This document shows, piece after piece, positions 61,850 to 64,000 of a DNA stretch of 64,000 bases. A program made the position numbers and the translations under genes. The DNA is taken from positions 4,061-68,060 of the forward strand of contig DATHTO010000005.1 in assembly GCA_035463115.1 (NCBI GenBank), given 5' to 3'. Below the pieces are notes generated by a model. The model saw only the letters and a list, made by a program, of their open reading frames with translations. It was not told the origin of the DNA and made no database searches. How positions within the stretch are numbered: position 1 is the first letter of the stretch; each line of letters begins with the position of its first letter. Origin of the DNA: Actinomycetota bacterium (lineage in GTDB: Bacteria; Actinomycetota; UBA4738; HRBIN12).

Positions 61850-64000
61850 CTACGAGGACCCGTCGGCCGTCTGCAGGGCCTCGACGATGTCGTCCTGAGG
61901 AGCGAAGTGCTCACGGATCCGCCGGGCCCATGCCGCGACCGCGGCGGTGAGGGCGAGGAACACGATGCCGGATGCGGTCAGGACGACGCGCGTGCGCGCG
62001 CCCGATCCCTCGATCCACACGAACGACAGGATCAGCGCCGGCACGATGTACCCGAGGTTGTACGCGATGTCGAACAGGGCGAAGGCCCGCCCTCGGAAGT
62101 CGTCGGGCATCGCCTGCTGCATGATCGTGTCGGTCGAGATCTTGCCGACGAAGAAGGCGAAGAAGCCGATGAACAGCATCAGCGCGAAGCCCGCGACCGA
62201 CACCGCGATCCCGCCGACGAGCGTGCCGATGCCGAGCAGCACCATCGACCCGAGCAGCAGGCGGACCGGCGGCACGCGGTCCTTGTACTTCTGCGCGAGG
62301 ACGAGTCCGAGCGCGCCCCCGACCAGGCCGCCGAGGCCGGAGAGGATCAGTGCGAGGGTGTCGGCATCGCCGCCCTCGACGAGGTTCTTGGCGTAGAGCC
62401 CGAAGACGAACAACCCGAAGCCCCAGAACTGGTACCGCAGCATCTGGAACGACGAGATCCCGAGCGCCGCGGCCGGACGCGACGCGACCTCCTTGATGCC
62501 GGCCACGACGTTCCGCACGACCTTGCTCGCTTCCTCAGCGAAGGTGGTGTCGCGCGGCCGAGCCTGCACGTGCTGCAGCTGTCGCGCGAACAGCGCGGCG
62601 GCCACGAGCACGAGCGCGCCCACGAGCACGATGGAGAACGACGGCAGGACCGCACCGGCGCCGAGGGCGAAGGCGATCCCGACGATCTGAGCGAGCGCGC
62701 CGCCCGCCTGGGACAGGGCGTTGCCCTGCAGGAGGTCCTTGCCGAAGAGCACGCCGGGCATCGCCGCCGACTTCACCGCGAGGACGATGCGCACCACCGC
62801 TTGGGCGCCCAACAGCGCGGCGACGAGCGCGATCGTCGCGCCCACGTTGCCTTCGGAGGTGCCGTCGCCGAGGGGGATCAGGACGGCGGTTCCGAGGACG
62901 GCGACGATCGCGGCGGTGACGACGTTGCTCCACCACACCACCCGCCGTCGGGAGAAGCGGTCGATGAAGACGCCGACGAACGGCGACACGAGCGTGTACG
63001 GCAGGTACAGCGCCAGCACGACCTTGAGCAGGTAGTCGGCCGAGGGCACGTTCTGGATGTCGAAGCCCTGCTGGCCTCCGAAGGCGATCGACTTGCCGAT
63101 CGCACCCTGGATCACGCCCTGGCCCGCCTGCGACAGGAACTGCACCCCGACGAGGATCGAGAAGTCGCGGTTCGAGAACACCGCGAACATGCCGTTGAAG
63201 AAGGTCGCGAGCGACGCGAGCGGCTTGCGGAGCCACGCGTCGCCGAAGCGGAGCGCGAGCCCGAGACCGCTCGCGACGGCGACCGTCGTCCAGCCCTTCG
63301 CGGTCGTCAGCGGCCCGCGCCAGACGGCGAGCACCGCGATGCCTGCGATCAGGGTGAGCACGATCGACATGCCGGGCACGATCGCGAACCGATCGATCGC
63401 CGTCCGCGCCTCGAACCAGCGCATCGCGAGGAGCCCCGGCAGCACCATGAGGAAGAACAGACCGACGAGCACGAGCAGGTTGTGCCCGAGGTTGGCGAAC
63501 GCGCTGGGGTGGTTCTCGAAGGCGACGCGCGCATCGTCGGCGGCCGCCTGCGCGGCGGTGACGACGTCCTGCGGCGGCGTCCACAGGCCGTCGCCCTGCA
63601 GGACGTACACGTCGGGGCCGACCTCGATCGCGTCGGCGACCGCCGCCTCGAGCAGCGCTCGCTCGCTCTCGTCCTGCTCGTCGACGTCGGCCGTCGCTGG
63701 ATCGTCGCGCTCGCACGTGCCCGCGTTGCACAGACCGCCGTAGTACTCGCCGATCACGAACGCGACGGGCTCGTCCGGATACTGCTCGAGCCGCCCTTCG
63801 ATCGGTTCGTCGTCGGGCTCGTCGAGGCACGACGGCATCGTGGCGGAGCCCACCAGCTCGCAGAAGTGCCGACGCGTCGCGTCGTCGTAGCCCTCGCTCC
63901 GCCCGAGCGTCTGCTCCCCTGCGAGGAAGCCCTCGACCGTCCCCAGGTAGGTGACCTGCTGGCGCACCTGGTCGCCGTCGAGTCCGGTCCGGAACACGTT
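61850..64000 (-). CDS. MFS transporter with an in-frame N-terminal extension (acidic Cys-containing domain plus extra TMs); the 5' end probably lies beyond the window
   Basis: The reading frame is open to the window edge. A canonical MFS N-terminus MFAVFSNRDFSILVGVQFLSQAG begins at ATG 63190, giving a 446-aa 12-TM core. There is no stop or SD between it and the upstream approximately 270 codons. Confidence 0.75.
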   Translation of the reverse strand, partial: NVFRTGLDGDQVRQQVTYLGTVEGFLAGEQTLGRSEGYDDATRRHFCELVGSATMPSCLDEPDDEPIEGRLEQYPDEPVAFVIGEYYGGLCNAGTCERDDPATADVDEQDESERALLEAAVADAIEVGPDVYVLQGDGLWTPPQDVVTAAQAAADDARVAFENHPSAFANLGHNLLVLVGLFFLMVLPGLLAMRWFEARTAIDRFAIVPGMSIVLTLIAGIAVLAVWRGPLTTAKGWTTVAVASGLGLALRFGDAWLRKPLASLATFFNGMFAVFSNRDFSILVGVQFLSQAGQGVIQGAIGKSIAFGGQQGFDIQNVPSADYLLKVVLALYLPYTLVSPFVGVFIDRFSRRRVVWWSNVVTAAIVAVLGTAVLIPLGDGTSEGNVGATIALVAALLGAQAVVRIVLAVKSAAMPGVLFGKDLLQGNALSQAGGALAQIVGIAFALGAGAVLPSFSIVLVGALVLVAAALFARQLQHVQARPRDTTFAEEASKVVRNVVAGIKEVASRPAAALGISSFQMLRYQFWGFGLFVFGLYAKNLVEGGDADTLALILSGLGGLVGGALGLVLAQKYKDRVPPVRLLLGSMVLLGIGTLVGGIAVSVAGFALMLFIGFFAFFVGKISTDTIMQQAMPDDFRGRAFALFDIAYNLGYIVPALILSFVWIEGSGARTRVVLTASGIVFLALTAAVAAWARRIREHFAPQDDIVEALQTADGSS

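Noticed and set aside
1-64000. CRISPR arrays, prophage, transposons, toxin-antitoxin pairs or known defence systems
   Set aside because: I saw no spaced direct-repeat array and no integrase, transposase, nuclease, helicase or methylase combinations. There is no low-GC island. Every CDS longer than 100 aa except two has a housekeeping or transport family assignment.

Overview
High-GC (roughly 70% by eye) actinobacterial-type chromosomal segment. It is densely coding, with about 50 CDS and 1 tRNA, and is dominated by core metabolism rather than accessory DNA. I found no integrase, transposase, CRISPR array, phage gene or recognisable defence or toxin-antitoxin module.

Main blocks:
- Edge-truncated large NAD-glutamate dehydrogenase, missed by the ORF track.
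- yitJ-type homocysteine methyltransferase/MTHFR fusion.
- Receiver-domain membrane protein with a His/Gly/Asn repeat tail.
- serC.
- PBP4, an alpha-oxoamine synthase and an SDR.
- A large GGDEF-EAL protein.
- An 8.7-kb tightly coupled operon on the minus strand: promoter, leader peptide, attenuator, orf103, ilvB, ilvN, ilvC, leuA, leuB, cimA-like, GNAT.
- Trehalose genes: otsA convergent with GH15-otsB.
- ilvD-thrC.
- Two tandem FAD oxidoreductase paralogs plus an ABC-2 exporter.
- A CrtI-like oxidoreductase / methyltransferase / amidase operon.
- selC (tRNA-Sec).
- A Pat-like GNAT / acyl-CoA-synthetase fusion, then ppx.
- Peptidases M55 and M20, and an orphan PAS-HisKA_3 kinase.
- SulP, plsC, PAS-GGDEF, an RpoD-family sigma factor, alaX, transporters and hydrolases.

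Many long ORFs in the track are antisense shadows of real genes or 5'-over-extended. I trimmed starts using SD motifs, start/stop overlaps and a recurrent TANNNT box 6-9 nt upstream of start codons, which suggests leaderless mRNAs.

Best candidates for undescribed biology:
1. The unrecognised 103-aa ORF wedged between a classical BCAA attenuator and ilvB.
2. The receiver / single-TM / (HGGGHG)3-(GNAP/GNAG)n protein, preceded by four exactly phased CGGGCCGG repeats.
3. The selC neighbourhood, which has an otherwise intact HAD-IB phosphatase gene interrupted by one in-frame TAG, next to a structured 192-bp convergent spacer.
4. A perfect CRP-type palindrome in the sigma-factor divergent promoter.

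Nothing here convincingly amounts to a complete novel multi-gene system. All family calls come from reading the translations, with no database search.
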